A DNA stretch of 64,000 nt from a virus (lineage: Duplodnaviria; Caudoviricetes). Made by a program: the position numbers and the translations under genes. The stretch lies in the IMG/VR virus record IMGVR_UViG_3300013109_000495, positions 57,820 to 121,819 of that record; one strand, given 5' to 3'. Positions within the stretch are counted from its first letter, which is position 1, and the number at the start of each line of letters is the position of its first letter. A model generated the notes under the pieces. It had not been told where the DNA came from. It made no database searches and saw only the letters and a list, made by a program, of their open reading frames with translations. This document shows positions 39,890 through 49,609 of this stretch, in pieces.

Positions 39890-40316
39890 ATTAAGAAACG
39901 GATTAAAAGCCGTAGATTTTCGTAATAAAGACTATTATGATAGAATAGATAACCTTGAAAAATCTTTGTATTCACCTTATATGTTAATGAGATATGCATC
40001 TTGTGTAAGTTCTAAAGATAAATTTTATGTAGAACATTATGTTGAAATGATTAATGAATGTGTAAACAAACATTGTTTTACTCTCGGATCAAAGCATAAA
40101 AAATTATTATGGATACTAACTGCTATGTGTGGAGCATTAAAACAGCAATTTCATCCATGGATAAAACCTATGAAACGTGTACCGAACAAATCTTTAAAAC
40201 AACTATTAACATTATATCCTAATGCTAAAGAAAATGATTTAGAAACACTAGACATTGTTATAACAGACAGAGAACTAGAAGAATTATTAGAAGCACATGG
40301 AATCGAACCAAAATAA
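39861..40316 (+). CDS. Clamp-loader small subunit-like (gp62-like)
   Basis: YSPYMLMRYAS, EMINE and FHPWIK echo gp62; replication context. Confidence 0.5.
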   Translation: MPKQNRKFFELRNGLKAVDFRNKDYYDRIDNLEKSLYSPYMLMRYASCVSSKDKFYVEHYVEMINECVNKHCFTLGSKHKKLLWILTAMCGALKQQFHPWIKPMKRVPNKSLKQLLTLYPNAKENDLETLDIVITDRELEELLEAHGIEPK

Positions 40317-40983
40317 ATGCACCTATTGTGGTAAGACATTTGCACGTGAACGAACATTACAAGTTCATTTATGTGAGCCTAAACGTAGACATTTACAAAA
40401 AAACGAAAAATGGGTGCAAAATGCTTTCATGGTATATCAAAGATTTTATGAGATACATCAGCACACAGGCAAAACAAAAACATATGACGAATTTTGCAAG
40501 TCTTCTTATTACAATGCATTTGTAAAATTTGGCAGATACGTTATGCATATTAATCCATTATATCCCGAAAAATATATTGACTATGTAATATTATCAAAAG
40601 TTAAACTAGACCACTGGGCTCGTGATGATTTATATGAAGCATACCTTATTAATGCTCTTAAAAATGAACCAGTTGAAGCGGCACTACAAAGAAGTATTGC
40701 AACTATGATGGATTGGGCAGAAGAACAAAATGCACAATGGTCTGATTATTTTAGACTTGTGAATACTACTCGAGCTGTACAACATATTCAACAAGGAAAA
40801 ATATCTCCTTGGCTGTTACTTGGTTGCTCTGCAGGTAAAAAAATGTTAAACTTATTTACAGACGAACAATTACAAATGACGCAAAGGTATATTAATCCAG
40901 AATATTGGGCAAATAAATTTAGGAGTTATCCAGCAGATCATTTGTTTGTACAAGAAACAGCCAAGGAGGCTCGCATTGAGTAA
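40297..40983 (+). CDS. Zn-finger protein, possibly gp59 helicase-loader-like
   Basis: N-terminal CTYC...H.C finger; QQGKISPWLL weakly resembles the gp59 C-terminal motif. Confidence 0.4.
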   Translation: MESNQNKCTYCGKTFARERTLQVHLCEPKRRHLQKNEKWVQNAFMVYQRFYEIHQHTGKTKTYDEFCKSSYYNAFVKFGRYVMHINPLYPEKYIDYVILSKVKLDHWARDDLYEAYLINALKNEPVEAALQRSIATMMDWAEEQNAQWSDYFRLVNTTRAVQHIQQGKISPWLLLGCSAGKKMLNLFTDEQLQMTQRYINPEYWANKFRSYPADHLFVQETAKEARIE

Positions 40984-41200
40984 ACTAGATATCGAAGTAA
41001 CAGATGAATTAAAATTTGAAGTTGGTGATTGTTGTATTATAATAAAACCCAACGGAACAATAAGAAAAGTAATTTTACCAGAAATGAATAATAGAGTACC
41101 ACAAACTGCAGGATATAAAAAAATGTTGAAAGTAATTGATATATTAAAACCTGGTGCAAAGAAAAATTTTACTGATTACAATAAAAGGAAATTACACTAA
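40976..41200 (+). CDS. Hypothetical protein (TTG start)
   Basis: AAGGAGG SD 6 nt before TTG 40976. Confidence 0.55.
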   Translation: MSKLDIEVTDELKFEVGDCCIIIKPNGTIRKVILPEMNNRVPQTAGYKKMLKVIDILKPGAKKNFTDYNKRKLH

Positions 41201-41790
41201 TGCCTGATGTAGACATAGATTTTTTTGATAGAGACGGTGTGTTAAAACTTTTTAAACACGCACCAGCATCTATTATTAAAAATGAAAAAATTGAAAAACA
41301 TAAAACTGGAGTTTATTTTCATGCAGTTCCAACTGATCCTATTAATGGACACGCAACACTAGATTATAAAAAAGCCGATGATAGAGGTTATTTTAAAATT
41401 GATTGTCTTAATGTAAACATCTACAAAAATATAAAATCTGAACAAGAACTTGTAGAATTAATGATACAAGAACCCGATTGGGATATATTAAAAGATCAAA
41501 AAATTGTAGATCAACTATTTCATTTAAATGGACATTTTAATATTGTATCCAAACTAGAACCTAAAAACATTGAGCAACTTGCGGCTGTATTAGCAATTAT
41601 ACGTCCAGCAAAAAGAGGACTAATGTATAAAGACTGGAAAGAAATATTAAAAGAAATTTGGGTTAAACCAACTGATGGTAGTTACTTTTTCAAAAAATCA
41701 CACGCAGTTGCTTACGCTCATGCAATCGTAGTTCAGATGAATTTGATTAAAAGAGCTAAATATAACTTTAGTGCAACACAGGAAACGTAA
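41200..41790 (+). CDS. Minimal DnaE/Pol III alpha-like catalytic core
   Basis: PDVDIDF, HKTGV, FKIDCL, LAIIRP and FKKSHAVAYA. Confidence 0.8.
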   Translation: MPDVDIDFFDRDGVLKLFKHAPASIIKNEKIEKHKTGVYFHAVPTDPINGHATLDYKKADDRGYFKIDCLNVNIYKNIKSEQELVELMIQEPDWDILKDQKIVDQLFHLNGHFNIVSKLEPKNIEQLAAVLAIIRPAKRGLMYKDWKEILKEIWVKPTDGSYFFKKSHAVAYAHAIVVQMNLIKRAKYNFSATQET

Positions 41791-42082
41791 AAGTACTAAA
41801 AAAATCAAACCACAAACTGAAACTCTACCCACTGAATTTACTGACGTTGAATTAGTTAGATTAATGGATCGAACTATTAAAACTAGACGTCCAGCAAAAG
41901 TACTGTGCCGTGGCACAGAAATTGACGAAGATTGGCTTTGGGATATTTTTCCAACATGGAAAAGTAACTGGCAGAAAAAAGGTTTGAAAATGAGATACAA
42001 TAAAAGACAACATTGTATTTTTTTGAACTACTCTAAAGAGTTAGCAAATGCTTATCAGGTGTTTTTAAAATATACTAGGTAG
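41771..42082 (+). CDS. Hypothetical protein
   Basis: ORF overlapping the end of the DnaE-like gene. Confidence 0.45.
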   Translation: MQHRKRKSTKKIKPQTETLPTEFTDVELVRLMDRTIKTRRPAKVLCRGTEIDEDWLWDIFPTWKSNWQKKGLKMRYNKRQHCIFLNYSKELANAYQVFLKYTR

Positions 42083-42449
42083 GTCTTCTTACTAATTGGA
42101 TTGTTCTTCGTTTTACCCGTTTCTTCGAAATTTCAGAAAGTCGTACAGTTGGGCCATGCACAATTTCAATATCTTTAGCACTTAAAGTAATTAACGTAGA
42201 ACGGAAATATTTAAAATCTCCTTTAAGAAATATATTAATTGGTATTTTTCTATTAGATTCATGCCACCAAATTTCACCAGACTTAAGATATCTCATCTTA
42301 TCTTGTGGACTCATGATTCTACCATAGTCATAGAAACTTATGACATGGTTATCTTGATTTTGTACAATACCAACAAATTCCATGTCGCCTTTACGAATAA
42401 GGCTTAAAAATGGAAATTTATCCTTCAATGTGTTAAAAATTTCATTCAT
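42075..42449 (-). CDS. Hypothetical protein
   Basis: 124-aa ORF with normal composition, filling the gap. Confidence 0.6.
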   Translation of the reverse strand: MNEIFNTLKDKFPFLSLIRKGDMEFVGIVQNQDNHVISFYDYGRIMSPQDKMRYLKSGEIWWHESNRKIPINIFLKGDFKYFRSTLITLSAKDIEIVHGPTVRLSEISKKRVKRRTIQLVRRPT

Positions 42450-42481
42450 CGTGTATCCATAAATACTGTTAAATATGTACT

Positions 42482-43282
42482 ATGCAAACAGTCTCAAGGT
42501 ATTTACTATCAAACTTGGTAATTGGTTATATAAATGGTTACCATGGAAGGAATTCAAAAGTGTACGATAGACGTATAACACTACATAAAGGGGTATCTAA
42601 TCCGGTAAGTTTTACTTTTAAAAACGAGGATCAGAAAGCTCAAGATATTACTACCAAAACATATGAATTTAACATAATTGATTCTGAAACTAAAAAATCA
42701 GCATTAACACGAAATTTAAGCATATTAGACGACGGTTCTACAGTATCAACCAAAGGTACAGCATCGATTACAATATCTGAGGGCGATCTTTTAGATTTAG
42801 ATGCTAAATTTTACAACTTTTCAGTTAGAGAAGTTAAGTCAGATAATTCTCGAGAAATTACATATGCTGACACTGGCTACAATGCCGCAGGTACTTTGGA
42901 AATACTTGATGGTGCATATCCTGATGCTGTTAATAGCACAAGTATATCTTCTTTTACAGTTACAGACGGACCATTAGCAAAAACTTCAAGTTCAATTGAT
43001 GCTAAACCAGGAATAAACAATAACAAAGCATTACACACAATTGCAGTATATACTAAAAACTTTTCAGGTGCTTTAAGAGTACAAGGTACAATGGCTTCAT
43101 CTCCTACAGGTGCAGACTATTTTGATATTACCTTGGATGGACAATCATCTCCTGTAACTTTTTCTAGTTCTACCACTGTTACCAACTATAACTTTTATGG
43201 TGTTTACACAAACGTAAGATTTAGTTGGGGTAATGATACTGGTAATAACGGAATCATTGACAAAATCCTATATAGACAGTAA
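42482..43282 (+). CDS. Putative virion structural protein (beta-rich, BppU-like N-terminus)
   Basis: S/T/N-rich; FTFKNEDQK..D; two TAAATA boxes upstream (42460, 42470). Confidence 0.5.
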   Translation: MQTVSRYLLSNLVIGYINGYHGRNSKVYDRRITLHKGVSNPVSFTFKNEDQKAQDITTKTYEFNIIDSETKKSALTRNLSILDDGSTVSTKGTASITISEGDLLDLDAKFYNFSVREVKSDNSREITYADTGYNAAGTLEILDGAYPDAVNSTSISSFTVTDGPLAKTSSSIDAKPGINNNKALHTIAVYTKNFSGALRVQGTMASSPTGADYFDITLDGQSSPVTFSSSTTVTNYNFYGVYTNVRFSWGNDTGNNGIIDKILYRQ

Positions 43283-43285
43283 AAT
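43257..43285 (+). promoter_or_regulatory. sigma70-like promoter for primase
   Basis: TTGACA-17-TAAAAT, 8 nt before ATG 43294. Confidence 0.7.
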
Positions 43286-43293
43286 AGTAAAGT

Positions 43294-44307
43294 ATGAACC
43301 TGATCCAGAATACAATTCTGAATTCGTTACCTGCGAATAAAAAGAAAACACCTTCCGGGTGGCTATCTTTTAATGCACCCTGTTGTATACACAACGGGGA
43401 AACCCAAGATAAAAAGAAACGTGGCGGAATAATGACATCAGCTGATGGCACATTATCTTACCATTGTTTTAATTGTGGTTATAAAGCATCTTATGTCATT
43501 GGGCGAAAACTATCTCAAAAAATAAAACAATTCATGGCGTGGCTTGGCATAGCCGACGACACAATTAAAAAACTTGCCATGGAGGCTATGCGTCACGAAG
43601 AATCTAACATAACACAACCACGAAGAAGATTTGTAACATTTAAAAAAACAGAAATGCCAAAAAATGCACACCAATTATCTTTTTGGTTAGAAAAATATGT
43701 TGCAAAAGATTTAACACAACCACAATGGGAAAAAATAGATACTATATTAAATTATTTAAAAAGTAGAGGCATTGGTGCTGATTGGTACGATTTTATGTAT
43801 TCTCCTGTTTCAATTTGGGATATAGATAAAAGATTATTAATTCCATTTTATTGGAAAGGAGATATTGTAGGCTATACAGGTAGAATATTTGAACAATCAA
43901 ACAAAATAAAATACTATACTGATGTACAACCAGGCTACGTGTTTAATATAGATGCACAGGATTGGACAAGAAAATTTGTTATTGTAACTGAAGGACCGTT
44001 TGATGCTATTGCTGTTTCTGGTATTAGTATATTAGGATCAGAAATAAATGATGTACAGCGAGAAATAATAAACGGACTTGGTCGTACAATTATTGTTGTC
44101 CCAGATCGAGACAAGCCTGGAGAAAAATTAGTTAATCAAGCAATTGAATTTAATTGGAACGTAGCATTTCCTGAGTGGGATAATTCTATTGACGATGTTG
44201 CTGATGCAGTTAAAAAATATGGAAGATTGTTTACTATACAAACTATTTTACGATCTACAGAATCAAATAAATTAAAAATAGAATTAAAAAGGAAAATGTA
44301 TGGCTAA
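43294..44307 (+). CDS. DNA primase (gp61-like)
   Basis: Zn finger PCC...YHCFNC; Toprim TEGPFDA and PDRD. Confidence 0.88.
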   Translation: MNLIQNTILNSLPANKKKTPSGWLSFNAPCCIHNGETQDKKKRGGIMTSADGTLSYHCFNCGYKASYVIGRKLSQKIKQFMAWLGIADDTIKKLAMEAMRHEESNITQPRRRFVTFKKTEMPKNAHQLSFWLEKYVAKDLTQPQWEKIDTILNYLKSRGIGADWYDFMYSPVSIWDIDKRLLIPFYWKGDIVGYTGRIFEQSNKIKYYTDVQPGYVFNIDAQDWTRKFVIVTEGPFDAIAVSGISILGSEINDVQREIINGLGRTIIVVPDRDKPGEKLVNQAIEFNWNVAFPEWDNSIDDVADAVKKYGRLFTIQTILRSTESNKLKIELKRKMYG

Positions 44308-44950
44308 AGAAATAAAAAATTTTATTTCAGAAATCGAACTAGAAAAAATTGTAAAGATTATGTCTAAATTGCCTACAGGATGGAAATATAAAGATACTGT
44401 TGGCACAAGTATCGGTATAGGTCATCCCTTAAGAAATTGGTTTAACAAACTTGTTTTTAAGAAAGTACAGAAAATTTTTGGCGATAAATGTAAAATGCTT
44501 TTTTCGATGTACTTAGACGAAGATGATCCATTCAAGATACATAGTGATTATTTTCATAAAAGGATAGGAGAGCCATTTATAACTTTTCTTATTCCGTTAA
44601 GTGTAGACAACAATAAAAATAAAGTACATCTAGCAAAATCAATAGTTTTTGACCAAATTGATACGTTTGTTGACAACGATATTCACACTAAAAAATCTTA
44701 TACTCATGATTTTAAAAAAATATATAACAAACCTTTAGATAACAACGCTTCTTATCTCCATGAAACGGAATTAGCTCATCTTGATAAGAACGATTTAAAA
44801 TTCTTATCAGTCAAAAAAGTTTTACCGTGGACAAGGGGTAATGCCATATACTGGGAGGCAAAATCATTACATTGTAGTAATGATTACAAACAAAAAGGAA
44901 TGACAAGTAAGCAGGCAATTGTAATTCACACATATAAGGAAGAAGAATAA
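44300..44950 (+). CDS. 2OG-Fe(II) oxygenase-like protein
   Basis: IHSD...LIPL...LHCS. Confidence 0.55.
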   Translation: MAKEIKNFISEIELEKIVKIMSKLPTGWKYKDTVGTSIGIGHPLRNWFNKLVFKKVQKIFGDKCKMLFSMYLDEDDPFKIHSDYFHKRIGEPFITFLIPLSVDNNKNKVHLAKSIVFDQIDTFVDNDIHTKKSYTHDFKKIYNKPLDNNASYLHETELAHLDKNDLKFLSVKKVLPWTRGNAIYWEAKSLHCSNDYKQKGMTSKQAIVIHTYKEEE

Positions 44951-45892
44951 ATGATTAGTTGGCATATTGAACCTACTAGTAAATGCACGTTAGAATGTCC
45001 TTTGTGCGATCGTACTTGGTTTTATGAAACATTTAAAAAAAGATTAATACACGAAATAAATGTTGATAACCTTGTAAATTTTTTAGGACAAAATGCAGAC
45101 ATTTCATTTTGTGGAAATAATGGTGATCCAATTTATCATAACAAATTTATAGAATTATGTTCAAAATTAAAATCCAATAATTGTAAAATTTCAATTACAA
45201 CAAACGGTAGTTATAGAACAATCGATTGGTGGAAAAAACTTGCACAAATACTAAATGAAACCGATAAAATTACATTTAGTATAGACGGTTTAGAAGACAC
45301 AAATCATTTATATAGAAAGAATTCTGATTGGAAAATGCTAATGGATGCTGTTCTTATTATGGCCAATTCTAATACACCCATTGTTTGGAAATTTATAGTT
45401 TTTAAACATAATCAACATCAAATAGATGAGGCCAAACAAGCAAGTAAAGACCTTGGCTTTGTTGATTTTATGTTAGAATATAGTGATCGGTGGCTTGATC
45501 AAAAAGATTTAATGCCCGATAAAAAATACGTGAACCAACATCTTACACATCAAGAAAAAGTTTTATCAGATAGCAATTATACGTTTTCTATGCGACCTAA
45601 ATGTTTAAAAAATGATTTACCAAACAACCATTTATACATTGACGCTGAAGGTAATTTTTATCCTTGTTGTTGGTTTGGTACATATAGATATAAGTTTAAA
45701 AGTTTGTTCTCACCTAAAAACGGTGATTTTAACATAGCAAAATATTCTAGTGCAGACATTTTAAACAATGAGAAAATAAAAGATTTTTTTAATACAACAA
45801 AAGACTTTAACTCTGCTCACGAATGTTGTAAAATACAATGTGGAGGAAAATATTCGAAGAAGATTTGGGAATATGGAGTAAACAATGGCTGA
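44951..45892 (+). CDS. Radical SAM protein with C-terminal twitch/SPASM-like domain
   Basis: CTLECPLC, GDP, TNG, SIDG and YPCC...CCKIQC. Confidence 0.85.
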   Translation: MISWHIEPTSKCTLECPLCDRTWFYETFKKRLIHEINVDNLVNFLGQNADISFCGNNGDPIYHNKFIELCSKLKSNNCKISITTNGSYRTIDWWKKLAQILNETDKITFSIDGLEDTNHLYRKNSDWKMLMDAVLIMANSNTPIVWKFIVFKHNQHQIDEAKQASKDLGFVDFMLEYSDRWLDQKDLMPDKKYVNQHLTHQEKVLSDSNYTFSMRPKCLKNDLPNNHLYIDAEGNFYPCCWFGTYRYKFKSLFSPKNGDFNIAKYSSADILNNEKIKDFFNTTKDFNSAHECCKIQCGGKYSKKIWEYGVNNG

Positions 45893-47312
45893 ATATACAT
45901 TTGACGTACAAAAACTTTATTTAGAAATGCTATTAGCAGATGCTGAAGCATTTGCTAGAGCACAAAATATTTTTACTCCTACGAGTTTTGATAGACGATT
46001 ACAACCTATTGCAAAATTTATAAAAGATTATGTTGACAAATATAAAGTTATGCCAGAGGTTAACCAAGTTAATGCAAAATTTGATATTAAATTAAAATCA
46101 GCAAAAGATTTAGATCCATCTCACTTCACATGGTTGTTAGATGAATTTGAAACGTTTTCCAGACACAAGGCACTAGAAAGTGCAATACTTCAATCCGCGG
46201 ACTTACTTGAAAAGGGCAACTATGCTCCAGTAGAGGATATGATTAAAGATGCAGTAAGCATTGGATTGACTCGTGATCTTGGTACAGACTACTTTGAGGA
46301 TCCGAAAGGTAGACTTGAGTTCTTAAAGAACTCTCACGGACAAGTCAGTACAGGTTGGCCAGCAATAGACAGAAAACTCTTCGGAGGATTTAGCAAGGGA
46401 GAACTAAACATCTTTGCAGGTGGATCAGGCGCAGGCAAAAGTTTATTTTTACAAAACCTTGCTCTTAACTGGGCACTGGCTGGCTTGAACGTAGTTTATA
46501 TTTCTTTTGAATTATCAGAAGAATTAGCGGCAATGAGAATGGATGCAATGGTAACAAACATACCAACAAGGCAAGTTATGAAATCAATGTCTGATGTTGA
46601 GATGAAAGTTAAAATGGTTAGTAAAAAATCCGGTCATTTACAATTAAAATATCTTCCGGCAAGTTCAACTATAATGGACATTAGAACTTACATTAAAGAA
46701 CTTGAACTTAAAAATAAAAAGAAAATTGATGCTGTACTAATTGATTATTTAGATCTCATGATGCCAAAAAGCAAAAAAGTATCTCCAAGTGATTTGTTTG
46801 TAAAAGACAAATATGTTTCAGAAGAATTAAGAAATTTTGCAGTAGGAAACCAATGTTTATTAGCAACGGCATCACAATTAAACAGAGCTAGTGTAGAAGA
46901 AATGGAATACGATCATTCACATATAGCAGGTGGTTTATCTAAAGTACAAACAGCAGATAACGTAATTGGAATATTTACAAGTAGAGCGATGAGAGAACGT
47001 GGCAGGTATCAAGTGCAATTTATGAAAACAAGATCAAGTTCTGGTATGGGACACAAAGTTGACTTAGAATTTGATGTGGATACATTAAGAATACGAAACT
47101 TAGAAGAGGAAGAAGACCAGGGACAATTCCATTATAAAACATCAGAAGTATACAAAACACTTAAACAAAAATCTAAAATAACACCAACTGATGCAACACC
47201 TGAACTAGATCCTACTAAAGGCGAAACTATGGGTGTTAAACAAAAAGCAGAAGTCGAAGGTGGCAAACTAAGAAAACTACTATTAGATTTACACTCAGAC
47301 GAAGAGCAATAA
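45885..47312 (+). CDS. Replicative DnaB-like helicase (gp41-like)
   Basis: AGGSGAGKS, SFELSE, IDYLDLM, ASQLNR and KTR. Confidence 0.92.
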   Translation: MAEYTFDVQKLYLEMLLADAEAFARAQNIFTPTSFDRRLQPIAKFIKDYVDKYKVMPEVNQVNAKFDIKLKSAKDLDPSHFTWLLDEFETFSRHKALESAILQSADLLEKGNYAPVEDMIKDAVSIGLTRDLGTDYFEDPKGRLEFLKNSHGQVSTGWPAIDRKLFGGFSKGELNIFAGGSGAGKSLFLQNLALNWALAGLNVVYISFELSEELAAMRMDAMVTNIPTRQVMKSMSDVEMKVKMVSKKSGHLQLKYLPASSTIMDIRTYIKELELKNKKKIDAVLIDYLDLMMPKSKKVSPSDLFVKDKYVSEELRNFAVGNQCLLATASQLNRASVEEMEYDHSHIAGGLSKVQTADNVIGIFTSRAMRERGRYQVQFMKTRSSSGMGHKVDLEFDVDTLRIRNLEEEEDQGQFHYKTSEVYKTLKQKSKITPTDATPELDPTKGETMGVKQKAEVEGGKLRKLLLDLHSDEEQ

Positions 47313-47413
47313 TCCATTATAAACGCATTTATCCACTATTTTTTTACCATACCTTATGTTTTTGGTAAATACAAGCACGTTTTAAAATAAATTGAAATAC
47401 AAGGAGTGATTCA

Positions 47414-48343
47414 ATGAAAAACATCAAATGGTTAATCGCACACCAACCGGAATATTTGTTTCTTAGAACTGCGAAAGCATTTGCAAAAATGCTTGAAAAG
47501 GTACTCCCAGAGTACAAAATAGAGATATTGACAACTGAGCAATATCTAAAACAATCTCCAGAATTCAAAAGAGAAGATATTGTGAATTTAGTTGAAAAAA
47601 ACGAAATCCAAATGTCTCAAACTGAAGTATGGGAATTAGAAAATCATACGTATGATAAAAACTTTTTAGTTTTTGATATGCCATGGTTATTCAAAGACCA
47701 CGGTCATGCTAGAAGAGTTTTAGAAGGACCAATTGGACAAGCAATCAACTCTAGACTTGTAAAACAAACAGGTGTTAGAGGATTAGCATACACATACTCA
47801 GGTGGTTACAGAACAGTTGGTATGGAAAACACACCAATTAAAAACTTATCTGATTTAGCAGATAAAACAATCAGAGTAAACGGAAACCCAATTACTCAAG
47901 AATTTTGGGCAAACTTTACAAATACTACGAGAGTTAAAACACCAAGACTAGGTGGAGAATTAAGTGATCTAGAACTTCCAAAAGGCGTTGACGGAAAAGA
48001 TACAACATATATTAGATTCCAAAATGCTAAAAGTTTCTTGAAGTCAGAACACTCTTTATTCTTAACAGACATTCTTATTAGTGATGCGTTCTTCCAAAGT
48101 TTATCTAAAGAAGAACAAGATATCTTTACTAACACTGCCTACAAAGCGGCAAGATTAGAAAGAAAATGGTCACAAGAAGATGCTGAACAGTTTGAAAAAA
48201 CTGCTAAAGAAAGAGGTTGTGAAATTGTTGAATTAAGCGAAGAAGATAAAACAACAATGAAACAAGAAGCCGAAGAAATTTATACTAAATGGGATAAGAA
48301 ATTTAGCCCAGGTCTTTTAGACGGTATAGCAAAATTACAGTAA
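47414..48343 (+). CDS. dctP: TRAP-type substrate-binding protein without signal peptide
   Basis: FDMPWLFKD..HA, GGYR, DLADKTIRV, SDAFFQSLS.EEQ and GCEIVEL; AGGAG SD. Confidence 0.8.
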   Translation: MKNIKWLIAHQPEYLFLRTAKAFAKMLEKVLPEYKIEILTTEQYLKQSPEFKREDIVNLVEKNEIQMSQTEVWELENHTYDKNFLVFDMPWLFKDHGHARRVLEGPIGQAINSRLVKQTGVRGLAYTYSGGYRTVGMENTPIKNLSDLADKTIRVNGNPITQEFWANFTNTTRVKTPRLGGELSDLELPKGVDGKDTTYIRFQNAKSFLKSEHSLFLTDILISDAFFQSLSKEEQDIFTNTAYKAARLERKWSQEDAEQFEKTAKERGCEIVELSEEDKTTMKQEAEEIYTKWDKKFSPGLLDGIAKLQ

Positions 48344-48358
48344 ATTAATTTACAAATT

Positions 48359-48384
48359 AAGGCGGCTTTATGTCGCCTTTTTTT
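48359..48384 (+). terminator. Rho-independent terminator
   Basis: AAGGCGGC-tttat-GTCGCCTT followed by a T run. Confidence 0.85.
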
Positions 48385-48416
48385 GTGGCGGTGGCTAATT
48401 GCATTTAAATATCCAT

Positions 48417-49061
48417 ATGCAATTACAAACGTTATGGTCAGATTTTTCTACAAAGCAACTAGACTATATTACCAACATTATTAAGAACAGTGATGCTAAC
48501 TCCATATGTGAACTTGGCACATTTGTTGGTACTAGTGCTAAACATATTTGGGATGGTATTAAAGACACCGACAAAAAATTATACCTTGTTGACAACTATT
48601 TTTTCCTACCTAAAAAATATAGATCGCATTTTTTTAACACTGTAAAGAATTCTATAGACAAAGACACAAAAAACATTATTCCTATATTACAAAGTAGCCA
48701 CAAGTACGATTGGACACAACACGATTTTATAATTTTTGGTCATCATGATTACGATCATATGCTACCTGACTTTAATATACTTTTACAAAGTAATGTAAAA
48801 TACGCAATAATTGATATTAATTCTAGGTGTTTTGATAGATTTAATTTATTATTACACTCGGTTGTAACACAAGAATCTAATTTAAAATTACAATATTATA
48901 TTGATGGCATTTTTGTTTTAGGTAGAGAAAAATTAAAGTGTACATTACCTACTAAAAATAAATTATTTTTTCATCAACAAATTAAGTGTATGCCAAAAGG
49001 AACCGGAACATATTTACAAGCCATCAAAGATATACAAAATATGTTAGGAATTGAAAAATGA
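48417..49061 (+). CDS. Class I SAM methyltransferase-like
   Basis: ICELGTFVGTSA and LYLVDNY. Confidence 0.6.
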   Translation: MQLQTLWSDFSTKQLDYITNIIKNSDANSICELGTFVGTSAKHIWDGIKDTDKKLYLVDNYFFLPKKYRSHFFNTVKNSIDKDTKNIIPILQSSHKYDWTQHDFIIFGHHDYDHMLPDFNILLQSNVKYAIIDINSRCFDRFNLLLHSVVTQESNLKLQYYIDGIFVLGREKLKCTLPTKNKLFFHQQIKCMPKGTGTYLQAIKDIQNMLGIEK

Positions 49062-49609
49062 TATTAAAAGAATATATCGAATGGACTAAAACTATAAACG
49101 ATTATGAAACTGCACCCAACGTTGCAAATACAAAGGCCTGGGGTTTTAAAAAATTAAAAAAAGTAAATATTCCGGAAATAAAAATAGAAAATGCTACAGA
49201 AGGAGATGAAGGCTATTGGAGTTTTAGAAACGAAAAACTAACAGAATGGGCAAGAGAACAATGGGAAGATTTAACATTTCTCGAGGCAAAAATACAGATA
49301 CAAACCCCCGGGCAAGTCTGTAAACCACATTTAGATTTTTTAGGATATTACTTAGAAGATATATGTATGGCACATCCAGGTTTACTAAAACTAAAACATT
49401 CATTAGATGCTCCAGCAATAGATATATGGCGTATGTTTATTGCCGTAGAAGATCGGGTTTGGGGACAACGATTTGTAATTAATGACTGGGATTGGATATG
49501 GAAAGCAGGAGATTGTATACGATTAAACAACTGGCAAGCACTCCATTGGACGAAAAATACAAGTTCGGTCGACAGAACAATTATTAAAGTAACAGGAGTT
49601 AAATTTTGA
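49058..49609 (+). CDS. Cupin / Asp-Asn beta-hydroxylase-like oxygenase
   Basis: PGQ..KPHLD, WKAGD and LHWTKN...R.....TG. Confidence 0.65.
   Translation: MILKEYIEWTKTINDYETAPNVANTKAWGFKKLKKVNIPEIKIENATEGDEGYWSFRNEKLTEWAREQWEDLTFLEAKIQIQTPGQVCKPHLDFLGYYLEDICMAHPGLLKLKHSLDAPAIDIWRMFIAVEDRVWGQRFVINDWDWIWKAGDCIRLNNWQALHWTKNTSSVDRTIIKVTGVKF

Noticed and set aside
41200-42082. Frameshift joining the mini-DnaE to the next ORF
   Set aside because: The downstream ORF shows no DnaE HhH/OB motifs and no obvious slippery site.
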